The position numbers and the translations under genes were made by a program. Below, piece by piece: positions 1 through 13,803 of a stretch of 64,000 bases of DNA. Position 1 is the first letter of the stretch; every line of letters starts with the position of its first letter. The notes beneath the pieces are model-generated. The model was not told the origin of the DNA. It saw only the letters and a list, made by a program, of their open reading frames with translations, and ran no database searches. The stretch comes from Macrostomum lignano (Eukaryota), in assembly GCA_002269645.1 (NCBI GenBank), contig NIVC01001530.1:209420-273419 (forward strand), given 5' to 3'.

Positions 1-3000
1 GTCGAGAGACATGGACTACATTTCAAAACGACGGCTGTGGCAGCTGCTGCACGAGTTCAAAATCGGCCACTCTGTGATTGTCAGCACGCTGTTTATAAAC
101 GAAGCGGAAGCTGTCGCCGACAGAATTGTGTTCTTATCAGGCGGCAGAGTTCTCTGCGCCGGGTCGCCTTTTTTCTTTAAACGCGCATTCGACTGCAGGT
201 TTATCATCCAGATTGCCAGCAAGACTGAGTTTCATGTGCCTTACATCATTCGCAAAATAACGTCAAAATTTAATTCCGTGCGAGTGCGCAGCTTTTCAAA
301 CGCTGACGTCGAATTTGAAGTATCGGTAATGGACGACAGCATCCTATCCCCTGTTACTGCCGAGATAGAGAAGTTAGCTAAACTAATCGACGAGTACGGA
401 ATTGTGCACCATTCGCTTGACGACGTTTTTTCAAAGTTGAAATCAATTCCGCCTAAAGAAGTCGATAGACACTTTGAGATGGGTACAATTGGCTACGTTG
501 CTGACGATGTTGATCGGATTAAGGCACTGATGAAGAAAAAGCCTGTAGATCCACCAGACACTCCAGGTAAGGTGAAGCGCATGCCGTCGCTTTTGCGAAC
601 TATCTTTGCGATGCTTGTGTCAAGCGTTCTCCAAACATTCCGCTCAAAAGTGAGGATTGTTACTCGCATTGCGATGCCATTATTTCTCGTTGCACTAATC
701 GCCCTGGGTGCATTTCTTGAGCGCGGTAAAAAGAACGACAATATTTCTCTGTGGGTCAATCTTAGCGATACGTCTCAAGTCGAAGAAAGTACTCGTAGAG
801 GCATCTGCATGTATCCACTATCAGAAAACGTTGCAAATCATTTTGACGCGCTAAATAAAAAAGACTGCTCGTCAATGCTCACTAGTGACGCGCTATCAGA
901 AAATGTAGTGCCAATGGAACTGTTGATAGAAAAGTATCCTCGCGGCAATCTTCAAGCGGCTCTATTGGCTCCGAAAAATCTGAAAAAATCAAAAACCTGC
1001 AAGAATTCCAAAGTAGTGTGTCCAATAATATTTGGCAATGACTTCTGTCCAGATCGAAAGCCCATTCCTACGTACACAAAGAACCATACGATATCCGTTG
1101 GCGCATACATCCCGACGTCTAACTACACACCGACGTATTTCGTGGCGACTGCGATTAAGGTCTACGGTCACTTGTTGAACGTGATGATAAAGAAAATTTA
1201 CAAAGACTCCTCGATGGATACCAAAATGTTGATAGTTGTTGAGGGAATTCAAGATATGAGAGGAACATTCTTTCAGTTTTATGGCCTATTTGTACTAGTG
1301 ACATTTATATCAGTGGTTCCGGTGATCTTCTTGGATGATGTCATGACAAAAAGAGCGGCGTGCGGCACCAACTAATGTCGATGGGTTTACCACTTTGGAG
1401 CTACTGGTTCTGCAAAATAATAGCCCACTGGATTCCTCTGATTGCACTATACCTAATCAGTATTGTTCCTCTACTTGCGCTACTATCATCCGGTTACGCC
1501 ACTTCGCTTTTTCTGTTAGCCATCATGCCGCTAACTCTGGTATTCGGACTAGTCAACAGTCTCTTAGCTGCTTACTCTGTTAGCACGCTAGTAAAAGAAG
1601 TTAGATACGTGATAATAACTTTTTATGCACTTTTCTCACTGCTAGTCGCTTTGTCCGTTGTGCTAGTTCAGTCCAATGACTTGATGGGCGAATTGTTTAT
1701 CTTCCTGTTTCCGCAGTTTGCAGCGATTGCACCGTCATTCTATGGCATGCGGTTCGCGTACTATAGCTTGTCCTACTTCTGGTCGATGGAGCAGTTGCCA
1801 GTGCCAAGCCTGCTCAACTTCTTTTTCAGCGTGCCGCATTTAAGAGACTCAATTATTGCACTGCCGGTTCACTTTATTCTATTGGTTTTGCTACTCGTGC
1901 TACTCGAAAATAGGCACAGGTGCTGCAAGAAAGGTGAAGCCGTGACGGAACCCAGAGTCTACGAGCACTGCAGGGAAACGGCCATTCGAAAGGAAATAGA
2001 AAACGTAATTAACGTGCCAAAAAGCCAGCAACATCTGATGCAAGTCAGCGTGCTCAAAGCTATTAACGCTGATGGCGCCGTGGCGCTAAGAAATCTCACC
2101 TTCGGCTTGAAGTCTGGCGAAGTTTTCGGCTTGATTGGGCCATGCGGCAGCGGCAAGACGCCGGCTATGCGTGCCATTGCTGGAGATGAAAAGCAGAAAT
2201 GCGCCGGAAATGTTGACATTCAGGTTAACGACAAGTGGTTGCCAAGCGTAACAGCAGCCCACCAGGGCTACATTGGCTACTGCCCGAGGACTGATCCACT
2301 TTATCACAGGTTGAGCGTTGGCGAAAATCTAAACTTCTACGCCAGGGTAATTGGTGTGTCGGCTGGCAGGGTGCAGCAGTTGGAGAAGGAGCTCTTCCAG
2401 GAGCAGGAATTAATCACGCGGGTCGAGCAAGCCAATGCGGGCTTGAAGAGGCGTCTCACTCTGGCAATTGCGCAGCTGGCCGACCCACCGCTGATGGCCA
2501 TCGACGAAATTTCTTCCGGAATCGACCACGACGGTAGACAGTTGCTATGGAACAACATCAAGTCCATGGTTAGCAAAAGGCGAGGCATAGTGCTCGCGAC
2601 GCAATGCGTAGAAGAGGCGGAGTTCCTTTGCGACCGGATGTGCATTATGAACCACGGGTTAATGATTGCTCTCAGCTCGGTGAACGACTTAATACTAAGG
2701 TAAATGAAAAGCGACACTTTTTTCACACTTTGAAAGATATACCGGTAAACTTAGCAAGCAAAAATTGAGTACGACTTTGAAATTTGAAAACAATCTTATC
2801 AACAAGTTCTTATGGGTTATGCTAATTTCTCTGACCGCCGAGGACGTCCTATTTTCATACAAAGTATTTCGGGTTTTGCACTTTAAAGCTATTGCTGTGT
2901 TAAAAGTTTACAAAGCTCAGTGTCCCCCTCAACAACCCACCTGCAGGTACAAGACGATGTACTTCTTAGAGATGCAAATCGCCAGTAACACTAAGGAGAC

Positions 3001-3295
3001 CCACGAAGCGCTGCAACGCCGCAAAGACCAGCTGGCCGCCATCGTGCTGGACAAATTTTACGGAGCAATCCTGATCGAGCAATGGACCGCCAGAATGCAA
3101 TTCGCTCTGCCGATTCAAAGTATTGGCTGTCTGTCAAACACCCTTGACTGGCTGTACTCCAGCAAGTGCAAGCTCAACATACATTACTTTACGCTGCACT
3201 ACGCCACCATCGACCAGGTCATGAAGGCTATTGTGGTGCACTCGGGGTATCAGATGATTAAGAGTCTGGAGAGTCAGACCGAGGTGTCTGTATAA
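1..3295 (+). CDS. ABCA-family transporter paralogue 1, 5'-truncated by the window (end of NBD1, TMD2, NBD2, last exon)
   Basis: ORFs 11..1375 and 1360..2703 join across a 1-nt frameshift in an A-run near 1348. NBD2 Walker A GPCGSGKT and Walker B MAIDE. GT-AG intron 2700-2946; last exon 2947-3295 (R|YKTMYFLEMQ...). Colinear with the 4812-11541 paralogue. Confidence 0.85.
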
Positions 3296-4811
3296 AGTAT
3301 CGCTGCTACTGCAGAAAGGTCACATTTTTATTTAAGACAAGACAAACAAAAGAATTTTGTTCATAACATTTTGGTTTGTGAAGGCAAATGCCGCCGCTGT
3401 GAATCGCTCGTACGCGCACACCCAATGAATATTAGTAGCCGCAATACGAAATACTGTATTCATTATCCCGATTTCAAGCGCTAAAGCCTAATTATTCACA
3501 AGCCTGACCAAATTGCACCTTTTAGAATGAGGATGCAATCCCATTTCAGTATCCGTGTATTTCCTTTTTTCTTTTATATCCAAATGTCTTGACTAATATT
3601 GCATCTAGAGAAATACAATGAATTGAATTCGCAAATATGCATTTGTAAATCACTTTGCCGACGCAAAATTTCGGCACAAGTAAAAACTCTGCAAGCATTT
3701 GATGGAACCGACATGTACTTTGTCATAAAATGCTTATGCTCGACAATGCAGCTAAAGACCAGCGTCGCAAAGAATATATTTCTGACTGTGAGATTTCTGT
3801 AGCTTGACAATTTTTTGCGACGATAAAGCTGCTTTTTTAGTCCAACTCAAAATAATCATACAACCCTACGCCTCAAACTAAATTTTGTTAATTTTTGCGC
3901 CGATTTTAGCAAGCAAATAAGAAATATATTTAGCTACGGCTTGTAGTTAATATTTGAAAAAGGACTTCCTATTCGATACCATTTTAGAATTTTTGTGAGC
4001 TAATAACAACTGACTGTGAGCAAGAAGTTGAATTAATATTCGGTAATAATCAAAACACTGCAAAATTTTACAAGCCAATTGAGCCAAGGGAAAATGAAAC
4101 TATGGGAAATTGACTTCATTATCCGTGGCCCAAAAAGGGCTGTGGACCAAAAAAATCGAAAACCAATCTTTTCCACGGCTATTTGCCTTTGCTTTGATTC
4201 GTTTCACTGAAATCAAAGTGTTATGTCAATTTTTTTTAACGTGCACTCTGCTTGCAGACGTTGTTTCAGCAAATACAATAAGGATTTACTATGAAAAGGA
4301 TTAAAGAAAGATTCCTAGATCGGATCCTCCACTCCTCCTTTTCGACCATAGGCAATGGAAAGCAAGTCTTCAATGGTTTGATCTTCCACTAAGATTTAAA
4401 CTGCTATTGCTCCTTGGCTCGATCGGCTTGGTTTGGTTTATGGATGAATGGTTTTATTCATCCATGGTTTGGTCTCGTTTAAAATATGAAACGTATCTCT
4501 TCATCCGTGTAATTCAAGCACTCAGATATTGTTACAGTTTAACCATGGACACAGAAAATTAAATGCTCAAAATGCATGCCTTCTCCCTTAATAAATTTAA
4601 TTAGTGTCTTTAAGTAGTGTCGTTTTAGTTCGCAATGCTATGTTAAGAAACTCTTTGTTTCTCTTCTCTCTGGTCTGCTAAGTCTGTCAGGAAGATTGTC
4701 TATGGCCAGAAAGACGCTTTGCTTTTTAGGTAGAAACTGAAAAATAGAGGAAATTGTGTCAGAAAAATATTGAGCATTGAGCAGAGATTACTTGAAATAT
4801 TTCGTTGAGTC

Positions 4812-7800
4812 ATGACGATTGGACGGCAATACGTGCGCCTGTGCGTCGTTCTGTTGAAACTGAAAAGCTGGAAATTTCTTTTCATGTCTGTCGTGATAGC
4901 AGCTCTGGCGTCGAATGTTTTTCTATACCGATCAGCTCACTCGCTGATCGTTCGCCTGGGCGAGAAGAGTTTCCATGAGATAGGCGCGAAAGAGTTTCAA
5001 AGAGACAGCTTGGTGCTTAGCGACACGAGTGCGTACGGAAGACAGATGGGGATCGTGTCGGATTATGTGTCCAAAACTGGCGCCGCTGGTAGCTTCGAAC
5101 CAAACATTTGGGACTGCAAATCTGCTGAGCATTGCCAAGACGTATATTTGCAGCTGATTACTGGACGCGTTGCAGGCAAGATAGCTCATTATGTCGACTA
5201 TCAATCGGAAGTAGACAACCAGGCTAAACTATATTGTCAGCTGTCTATAGGAGAGGAACTCTACTGCCCGTATATGGCCTACTTGGTCAGCATTTCTCAG
5301 GCGGAGAAGCAGGAAAAGAACTTTTTCTACAACGAAACCAACGTATTCAAGCTGCTAGATTCTATACCGTTTTATAAGAAAAATGTTTCCAGCGGACGGG
5401 ACACAATCTGCGCGAGAGCATCGGACTTTATTGACACATTTCCCACGACTCTAATCATTCAGATGATTCTGATTATCATTACCTTGATATTTTACATATT
5501 CGTGAGCACAGTTACTTGCATCTACGAGCTGAAAAAGAAAGGCTATCTGCAGTTGATGTTTCGCAAGGGTCTATCAGTAGTTGCTTACTGGACGGCTATC
5601 TGGACAATAACACTGCTAGAAATGATCGTATTTGCGGCCGTCCTATCCATGTCCCACTATTTCCAGTGCCCTGGATTCTATCTTCACCCGAAGCTAACCC
5701 AACTGTTTGAACTGGCATTGGCTCACTTCTGTTGCGTCGCGTCCCTGGTTCTGATGCCCACAGTTCTGACACGCCGGGCTGATGTGGCCGGAGTCTTTGT
5801 AAGCCTGCTGTGCTTGGTCATCGTGGCAATGATGGTAGTCAATAGATACGTTTTCAAATATAACAAAAGCTACGATATGTACCGCTACGTGATGCTGGCT
5901 GTGCCAACCGGACACTTGACTGAACAGATATTGTCGGTTCTTCTCGGCGATTTCATGGAAAAGAGTAACGAATTTGTTTGGATAGTCCTGCCAGTTAGCG
6001 CGGGAATGTCAATATTAGTGACAGCCATCACCATGTACCTGGACTGCGTACTCAAATCAGGAAACGGACTGCGGTTGTCGTTCTTGTACCCTTTTTGTCC
6101 GAAGTTCTGCTGCATATCAGATTCGAATTTAATAATTTTTTCTGAGCTGCCGGAAAATATGATGGTTGAGCCCGTGTCTTCGATTACCCGACCGAACGTG
6201 TGCGTCAGGGAGCTAAAGAAAATATTCTCGACCGGGTGTTGCCGGGGAAAGAAAACCCGAGCTTTGAATAATCTGTCAGGCAAGTGATATATATACTGCG
6301 GTATCAGTCTCAGGAATAAGTTTAAAAGCTTGTTTAAACAAATAGCTTATTCCCGACTATTCAATTTCAGTTAACTTTTATAGGAACCAGATAACAGCAA
6401 TCATTGGGCACAACGGATCCGGCAAGTCGACTCTGATGCAGATTCTCTCTGGCGAGCGCGAAGCCACATCCGGCCTGGTAACTGTCGACAGAGTCCCGGT
6501 TACGGATTCACTGGCTCGCTATCACATCTGCAGTTCCATTGGCTACTGTCCGCAATCTGATGCTCTAGTCGACGGGATGACGGTTGCTGACACTGTCAAA
6601 CTCGCAGTCATGAGCACGGGCCAAAGCTGGTCGATGGCTGAAATTCAGGTGCGTCACATTCTATCCACGCTGGGCATTGAGAGCAAGCTTAGCGAGCCGA
6701 CTGAAAGTTTATCGGCGGGCGATAAGCGAAAAGTTTCAATCGCAATGGCTATAGTTGGCAGTCCAAGCGTCATTCTATTGGACGATCCATCGAGAGGCAT
6801 GGACTACATTTCGAAAAGAAGTTTGTGGCATCTCCTGCACGAGCTGAAGACCGACCGTTCAATAATAGTGAGTACCCAATTCATTAACGAAGCGGAGGCT
6901 GCAGCCGATAGAATGGTATTTTTAGCCTGCGGTAGAGTGATATGCGCTGGATCGGCGTTCTTTTTTAAGCGAGCATTCGACTGCAGGTTTATTATCCAGA
7001 TAGCCTGCAAAACCGAATACCACATACCGTTCTTCATTGAGACTCTCACAACCAAGTTTGAATGCACTCGAGTTCGCAGTCTGGGCAACACTGACTTGGA
7101 GCTCGAGGTTCCAATATCGGAGGACAAAATTCTGCCAGATTTAATTCGGGAAATTGAGAAGTTTCCAGGCTTAATAGACGAATTCGGGATAGCCAACTAT
7201 CGTCTGGATGATGTGTTCTGTCAATTTAAGAAATCTCGAAGCTGAGGATATTGAATACCACTTTCAGCAGGGCACCGTAGGCTATGTTGCTGAGGACAAC
7301 GACAGAATCCGGGCGATAAAAAACAGAACCAGTTTCCCACTACCAGTCGGCAATGTGGCAGTAAAAAAGTCATCGTGCTCTTGGATTCGGACGATAGGAA
7401 AATTGATAGAAGTTCACATCAAACTAATATGTCGCAGTAAAGCTCGACTGTTTATGAGGCTAATTGTGCCGATTGCGTCACTGCTATTAGTCGCTGGTGC
7501 CGTTGTGTTTGAGAAGTCTGAAGAAGTTGATAAAATTCAAATAAGCTACAATCTTAGCAACACAACTGCATTTGAACGGAACAAAGGCATCTGCATGCAC
7601 TTTTACTCGATATTTTTAACAGATGTCCATTGGGATGTCCTTAGTCAGGGTGAATGCGGCTACTTTATAACTGGTATGAAGAAGACCGATCGAGAAGTGA
7701 AAGGTCTAGTCCTTGATCCAGTGTTTTTTGGAAAGAGCTTAGCAGAACTGCTAGAAATTTATTTGCCTTACATCCGAAAACAGTGCCAAAAAATGAGCGG

Positions 7801-10800
7801 GCCATGTCCGATTGCTTATTCAACTGATTGGTGCCCTGATACTGATGTGTCAAAAAGCCACAAAGTACACGTCGGAGCCTACGTGAACAGCGATAATTAC
7901 ACTGCAGATAGCGTTGCTATGACAGCAATTGAAGTGTTTAGAAACATGATATCCCAAATCACGCTGCAAATTTTTGATGGCAAACATTCGGTTAAGCCGG
8001 AATTCGACACTGTAGGCTTCCTGAACGTCGAGGCAATATTTTTTAGGCTCTACAGCCTATTTGCTCAATCGGTATTGCTTGCAGTCCTGCCCATGATGTT
8101 TCTTAGCGACATACTCCAGGACATGAAATATGGTATTCGAGTTCAACTATTAACAATGGGTGTGTCTCGATTGAAGTACTGGTTTTGCAATATCGTCAGT
8201 CACTGGTTGCAGTTTGCCGTAATCTATTCGATCAGTATAACACTTCAAGTGTGCATCATAGCATCAGCGTACAATACAATGCACTATTTAGCCATTATTC
8301 TGCCGGTGACGCTGTTATTTGGTATAATGAACAATCTACTATGCGTCTACCTTTTGGCCATCGTGATGGGCCATGCTAGATATGTCGCCATTGCAACCTA
8401 TGCCTTTGTCAGCTTGATGATATCTTTGTCCTTACTGTTCGTGCAATTTCACAATTTAGCTGGTCGAATATTAGTGTTTCTGTGTCCGCAGTTTGCAACA
8501 GCTGCGCTAGCGTTTTATGGCATCAGGTTTATGTACTACAGCGGTGCCTATTATGAAATTTTCGGAGATAGCAGACTACCAAGTCTGATGGACTTTATAG
8601 CATCGAGGCACGTAATGTATAGTCTAATGGCCATAGTGCTGCATTTTGTGCTGCTAGTGATAATAATGATACTAATTGACAAGCGACACAGGTTGTACGC
8701 TACGTGCAGACAGGGCGGAATCTACTCAGCTGCAACAAAAGCTTACGCCAGCACTCTGGAAGTCTCTATATTGAATGAACTGAACAGCCTCAATGAGAAT
8801 CCGTTTGCATCGGAAAACATTCTGGAGGCCATGGACCTGCGAGTGGTCAAACCAGATCGCAGTGTCGTACTGAAGAATTTATCTGTGGGAGTGAAATCTG
8901 GCGAAGTATTCGGCCTGGTTGGCCCGTGCGGCTCGGGCACGAATTCGGCAATCCGAGCAATTGTCGGAATCGAGACCAATGCCTGCGCTGGACAGGTTGA
9001 CTTGCAGATCGATGACAAGTGGATTCCAAACGTTGTAGCAGCCAGGCGTGGTATCATCGGCTTTTGCCCCGCCTCAAATCCTCTCTACCAGAGACTGACC
9101 ATTCACGAGAATCTGATATTTTACGCGCAAATTAACGGCGTACCAGCCGGCAGAGTGCGCCAACTGGTCCTAGAGTTCTCTCTGGCCTCAGAGCTGGGCA
9201 CGATTGTTAAACGAGCCACAAAGGGTGTTAAACGACGACTTACTCTGGCAATTGCACTGTTAGCCGCTCCGGAATTTGTTGCGATTGAGAACCCCTCTGA
9301 TGGAGTTGATCCATCTAGCAGACAAATAATGAGGCGTATCATTAGGTCGCAGGTGACCGAGCGGCGATCAATTTTCATTGCGAGTCACCAGATGGAAGAA
9401 TGCGAGACTCTGTGCGACCGAATCTGCATTATGAACCATGGACTAATGGTGACTCTGAACAGAATTGAACAGCTCTTAGACAGGTGAGCCTGCTTGAAAC
9501 TGATGCTTTAGTTTTTAAATAGCTAAGTTGGGTTGTAAAATTTTGGCTAGTAAAAAATTGTTTCAAAGGTTGGGGACAGAAAATAGTTGCGACAATGAGC
9601 TCAAGACACTATCTATTAGTCAAACTTGTAAGGATTAGGTTTTCAATACAACAGCTAGAATGCATTTGATGCAGAAATAGATTGATTTTAATAAAAAAGA
9701 CTAGCTATAGAGACCCCTGATGAGTGCGTTCTCTGGTATAATGTCTCCTATAAAGAGCTCATTAAATCAAATAGTTTTTACACCAAGTCTCTCATCTTAA
9801 TCGAGGTAGTTCCGTTTGTAGAATTTTTTATAAGGATACATTAGAGACAAAAACATTTGTTTCAATTATTAATCTTTGGCAGTACTTTTCGATAATTAAA
9901 TTTATTAAACACTTGATGGTTCGGTAGTATTTATCGTGCTACGAGTATGTCCCATTCACTTCAAGTCACCTTTCTCACCTCCTCCATTCTGATTTGTGAC
10001 GTTGTCATATCCTATCATTGCAAGTCATTCACTCTCAGGTTTACTGAGGGAATTGCTGAGATGTCAAGGCTTACTGAGGGAATTGCTGAGATGTCAAGGC
10101 TTACTGAGGGAATTGCTGAGATGTCAAGGCTTACTGAGGGAATTGCTGAGATGTCAAGGCTTACTGAGGGAATTGCTGAGATGTCAAGGCTTACTGAGGG
10201 AATTGCTGAGATGTCAAGGCTTACTGAGGGAATTGCTGAGATGTCAAGGCTTACTGAGGGAATTGCTGAGATGTCAAGGCTTACGGGGGAATTGCTGAGA
10301 TGTCAAGGCTTACTGAGGGAATTGCTGAGATGTCAAGGCTTACTGAGGGAATTGCTGAGATGTCAAGGCTTACGGGAGCATTGCTGAGATGCCAAGGCTT
10401 ACGTGAGAATTGCTGAGATGCCAAGGCTTACGGGAGAATTGCTGAGATCTCAAGGTTGGGAAGTCAGAAGCTACATGTATAGTTTATTTTTTAAAAATCA
10501 TTCCATGCTTTGTTGCCTCCCCAACGGGGGTGCTGATTGCTAGTCTTTCACAAATCCTTTATCCGCCCATGAAAATCGCTAACGCAGATACAAGCGCCTC
10601 TACCTGCTAGAAATGCAGCTGGATGATTCTAGAAACTCTGAGTCAGCCGGAGATGGGATGGAGTACAGGAAAGCGCACGCTGCCCGCCTCGTGTGCGATC
10701 GGTTTCCTGGCACCATCACCATCGAGTGGTTCACCTCGTTGCTGCAGTTTGCCGTGCCAATTATCAGTATGGACCGTCTGTCCAGTGGTGTGATTGGAAA

Positions 10801-11541
10801 GTTTGCCAAATTTCGCGCCGACTGAAAATTTTCGCGCCATGCCAATAATATTCTACTGACAGCCAAATAAGTCAATTGATGACACTTTTGAAGATGCGTC
10901 TGGCTACCAATTAGCATGTCTCTTAAGTCACAGCCGTGTCCCCCCTGAACTTCTTGTTGGCGATGTCTGCAGGCAGACGACTGCTCGTGCTGGTGATTGA
11001 CGACGTTGACAGCAGCTCAGCAGCCTTGCGCTTTAAGACGAGCTCAGCTAGCTTCTCTGCCTCCTTCTGTTTCTTCTTCTGCACATTCTGCTGCTGACGC
11101 CTGAGATTGAACTCAGTTTGTTAGATTAATATCCTAAGCTATGACATTCTTGTATTTCATACTGTCTGACAAGAGAATAAGTGTAAAAAGCAGAAAATAA
11201 GAATGCAATTTTCGCGCCCATGGTTCCACAAAATTTCGCGCCAGACCCCCAGGATTCGCGCATTCGCGCCATTTTCGCGCCTGGCGCGAATTTGCGCCTG
11301 AATCACACCACTGCGTCTGTCGGACGCACTTGACTGGCTAGTTCGACGCAAAAACCGTCTTGGTATTCGGTACTTCACGCTGCACTATGCCAGCATCGAT
11401 CAGACAATGAAGGTCATCATAATTGCCAACGATACTGAAGACGTTACTGCGGAGACGCCGGTCAAGATGCACGTACCAACTGTGACTAATGACGAAATGA
11501 AATCGCAAAGAAGCTCTAGAGGATTTAGAATTTCGGTGTAG
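4812..11541 (+). CDS. ABCA-family full transporter paralogue 2 (TMD-NBD-TMD-NBD); last exon interrupted by a hAT element
   Basis: Exon 4812-6279; GC-AG intron 6280-6370; exon 6371-9483 (Walker A GHNGSGKST, LSAG signature, 1-nt frameshift near 7225); intron 9484-10587; last exon 10588-11541 (RYKRLYLLEMQ...) split by an insertion at 10783-11313. Confidence 0.85.
10042..10457 (+). repeat. 30-bp minisatellite (TTACTGAGGGAATTGCTGAGATGTCAAGGC)n, about 14 copies, in an ABCA intron
   Basis: Direct reading. Followed by hairpin CTCCCCAACGGGGG and CTAG at 10540-10543, a Helitron-like 3' end. Confidence 0.9.
10783..11313. mobile_element. Non-autonomous hAT-type DNA transposon (531 bp)
   Basis: 13-bp TIR CAGTGGTGTGATT / AATCACACCACTG; 8-bp TSD CGTCTGTC at 10775-10782 and 11314-11321; subterminal TTTCGCGCC repeats. 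Removing it restores the ABCA reading frame. Confidence 0.9.
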
Positions 11542-12667
11542 GTTTTTAATTTGCTTTTTCAGCGACTGCGTGCGTAGAGAGAAACTTTTTAGCAACAACA
11601 GCAACAAGTTATCCTTTTCTCTGGATTTTTTAGTATTTAAATTTGTATGTTGAATAAGATCACAATAAGTATTAGTAGAATTGTAGAATATTCATTAGCC
11701 GATAAATAAACTGACGTGTAGCTATAGTTTCTTTTAAATAGTTAATTATTAGCGTTTTCAGTATTTTATTCCCTGGGCCAGAAGCTAAAAGTACAATCAT
11801 GACGAAGTCACTTAGTTAATCCGTTTAAATCCAGTTAAAACAGACCACACATTAAGGAGCAAAAAGCAGCGGAAATTTCCAAGTCGAGATTCAACTGGAA
11901 GTTCCCAAATATTTAGAAGCTGGTTCTAGAGAAAATGTGACCTATCAGAAACCGGCGTCGTCATTTGAGTTGGATGTGTCTTTGTTTACAGGATTTTTTC
12001 CCTCGCCAAGAACAATTTGAATGCTGTTGTGCACGAGTGGTCTTGCACCGATGAGCAACCTTGCATCGGTCAGGTGGGCCGGCATTGCACTTTTATCGTT
12101 CGGCCCGTGTACTTTCGCAAACCCCCTCCCAGTCGTCTGCCCTACCCCCAGCTGCACCGACCTTCCAATTCTTTCTACTACAGTTACATGTACCTGCACC
12201 TTAACCTGTTTGACGCCCTCTCTGCTCTAATACCCTCTTTTTGTCTAGTACCCTGGTTTTGTGTTTTCCTAGCTGTTCTTAATCATAACAGCCAAATATT
12301 ACCTAATTAGCCCTACCGCAGGGTTTTTGAGTGCATGCATAAATAAAAAAGGTAGTTTTCATTGATCCAGGTCAAATTCAATCAATGATTATGTAATTAA
12401 AAATGATTTCTCCTACTCGTATCTCCGTAGTGTATTTTTTCCCAGGAAATCGGCCTTCAAAAAAACGACACGATCTTTTAGTTTTACCTCCTGTTTTACT
12501 ACTGTGGTCCTTGATGTAGCTCTAAGCAGCTGAGCGATAAATTACCAAAATGAATTTTCAATCGTATACTGCAAGCACAAGTTTAGTAATGGAAGAGACT
12601 GACTGACTGGTAGACTTTTTAGTATGCAGCAGAGTTGAACTATGGCCGTAATGCCGTTGTTCAACAA

Positions 12668-13075
12668 CAACAACAAAAGACGTCGTCAGTCAGTCAGCAG
12701 ACAACGTTACAGAGCGCGTTTCAAGGCCTGGGTGCGAATGTAGGCCGCGCCGCCGGCAGTGTCCGGGGCGCCGGAATCAGCCAGTGCAGCAGGCAGTCGA
12801 CGAAACGCCGAGTGCGCGCCTGTCCGCCGCCGGTAGGGTGCCTGCGGCTTCAGCAGCAGCACCTCCTGCACCGGCTGCACTGACAAGGCAGTACGACTCT
12901 CGGATGATACGGCCTGCCAGCTGGAGTCGCCGACGGCGCAACAATTCGCTGGGACGGGACAGGCCGGTGCGGCGATAGAGTGCCGCATTGGTGACTCGCT
13001 CGTAGCCGATCTTGAATCCGTCAGCGTCCAGGTCTTGGCGTTGTACAACAGGACGCTCTCGATCACCGCCTGGAA
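12668..13075 (-). mobile_element. 5'-truncated RTE-like non-LTR retrotransposon fragment
   Basis: Motifs ESVLLYNAKTWTLT and RVTNAALYRRT...RRRRLQLAG resemble RTE-clade ORF C-termini. (TTG)n tail; 13-bp direct repeat CGTTGTTCAACAA at 12655-12667 and 13076-13088. Confidence 0.7.
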
Positions 13076-13803
13076 CGTTGTTCAACAAAGCTGCATAACT
13101 AAAGTCTTTTCCCAGCACAGATGCCATTGTTCACACTTATTTCACGCCAATGCAATGATATGGAGGGTTGGACAGATACTAAAGGTGGAAATGTAATCAC
13201 GTGGGGAACATAATGTAAAGTTACATTGGGGAGCAGCTGTGGAATAATGACCACAACTAGTTGCCATTGTCTTAGGGAAATAATGAAATAGAATAAAAAT
13301 TTTGTTTTTGGATAGCTACATCAAGATAAACTCTGAAAAATACTGTACCACATTTTTATCTGCCAGTTTTCATCGGTCCGAGAAAATTCTGAACCAACTG
13401 TAAATTGATTTGATCAATATTTGACCCGCGGAGCTACTGGCGGCACGGTAATGTGAACCGTGTTGAAACAAATTATAGCAGAACTAGAACAGTTTTACTT
13501 CAAGTATACAGAATTACAACGTTACTTTATCTGGATTATTTGTAGACTGCAACTTTACTGTCATTTTCTTGTATAGTCAAAACAATAATTATTCTAATAA
13601 GTTGCTGGACTAAGATAGCTCTGAAAATTATGAAATTACGAGCCCGTACGTTGGACCAGTTACGGAGAATATACAAATAATTTGTTGGAGTCGTATGCAG
13701 AATTACACACCAATTGGTTAAACAAACTACAGTCTCTGTGCATTTTTTTACTGCGAGTGGCGACTAAAAGTGAAATATTTACTTTACGTTAAACATTTAT
13801 AAG

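Noticed and set aside
11990-12310. Possible small Cys-containing exon (WSCTDEQPCIGQVGRHC...)
   Set aside because: No recognisable domain or partner exon; cannot be supported beyond an open frame after an AG.
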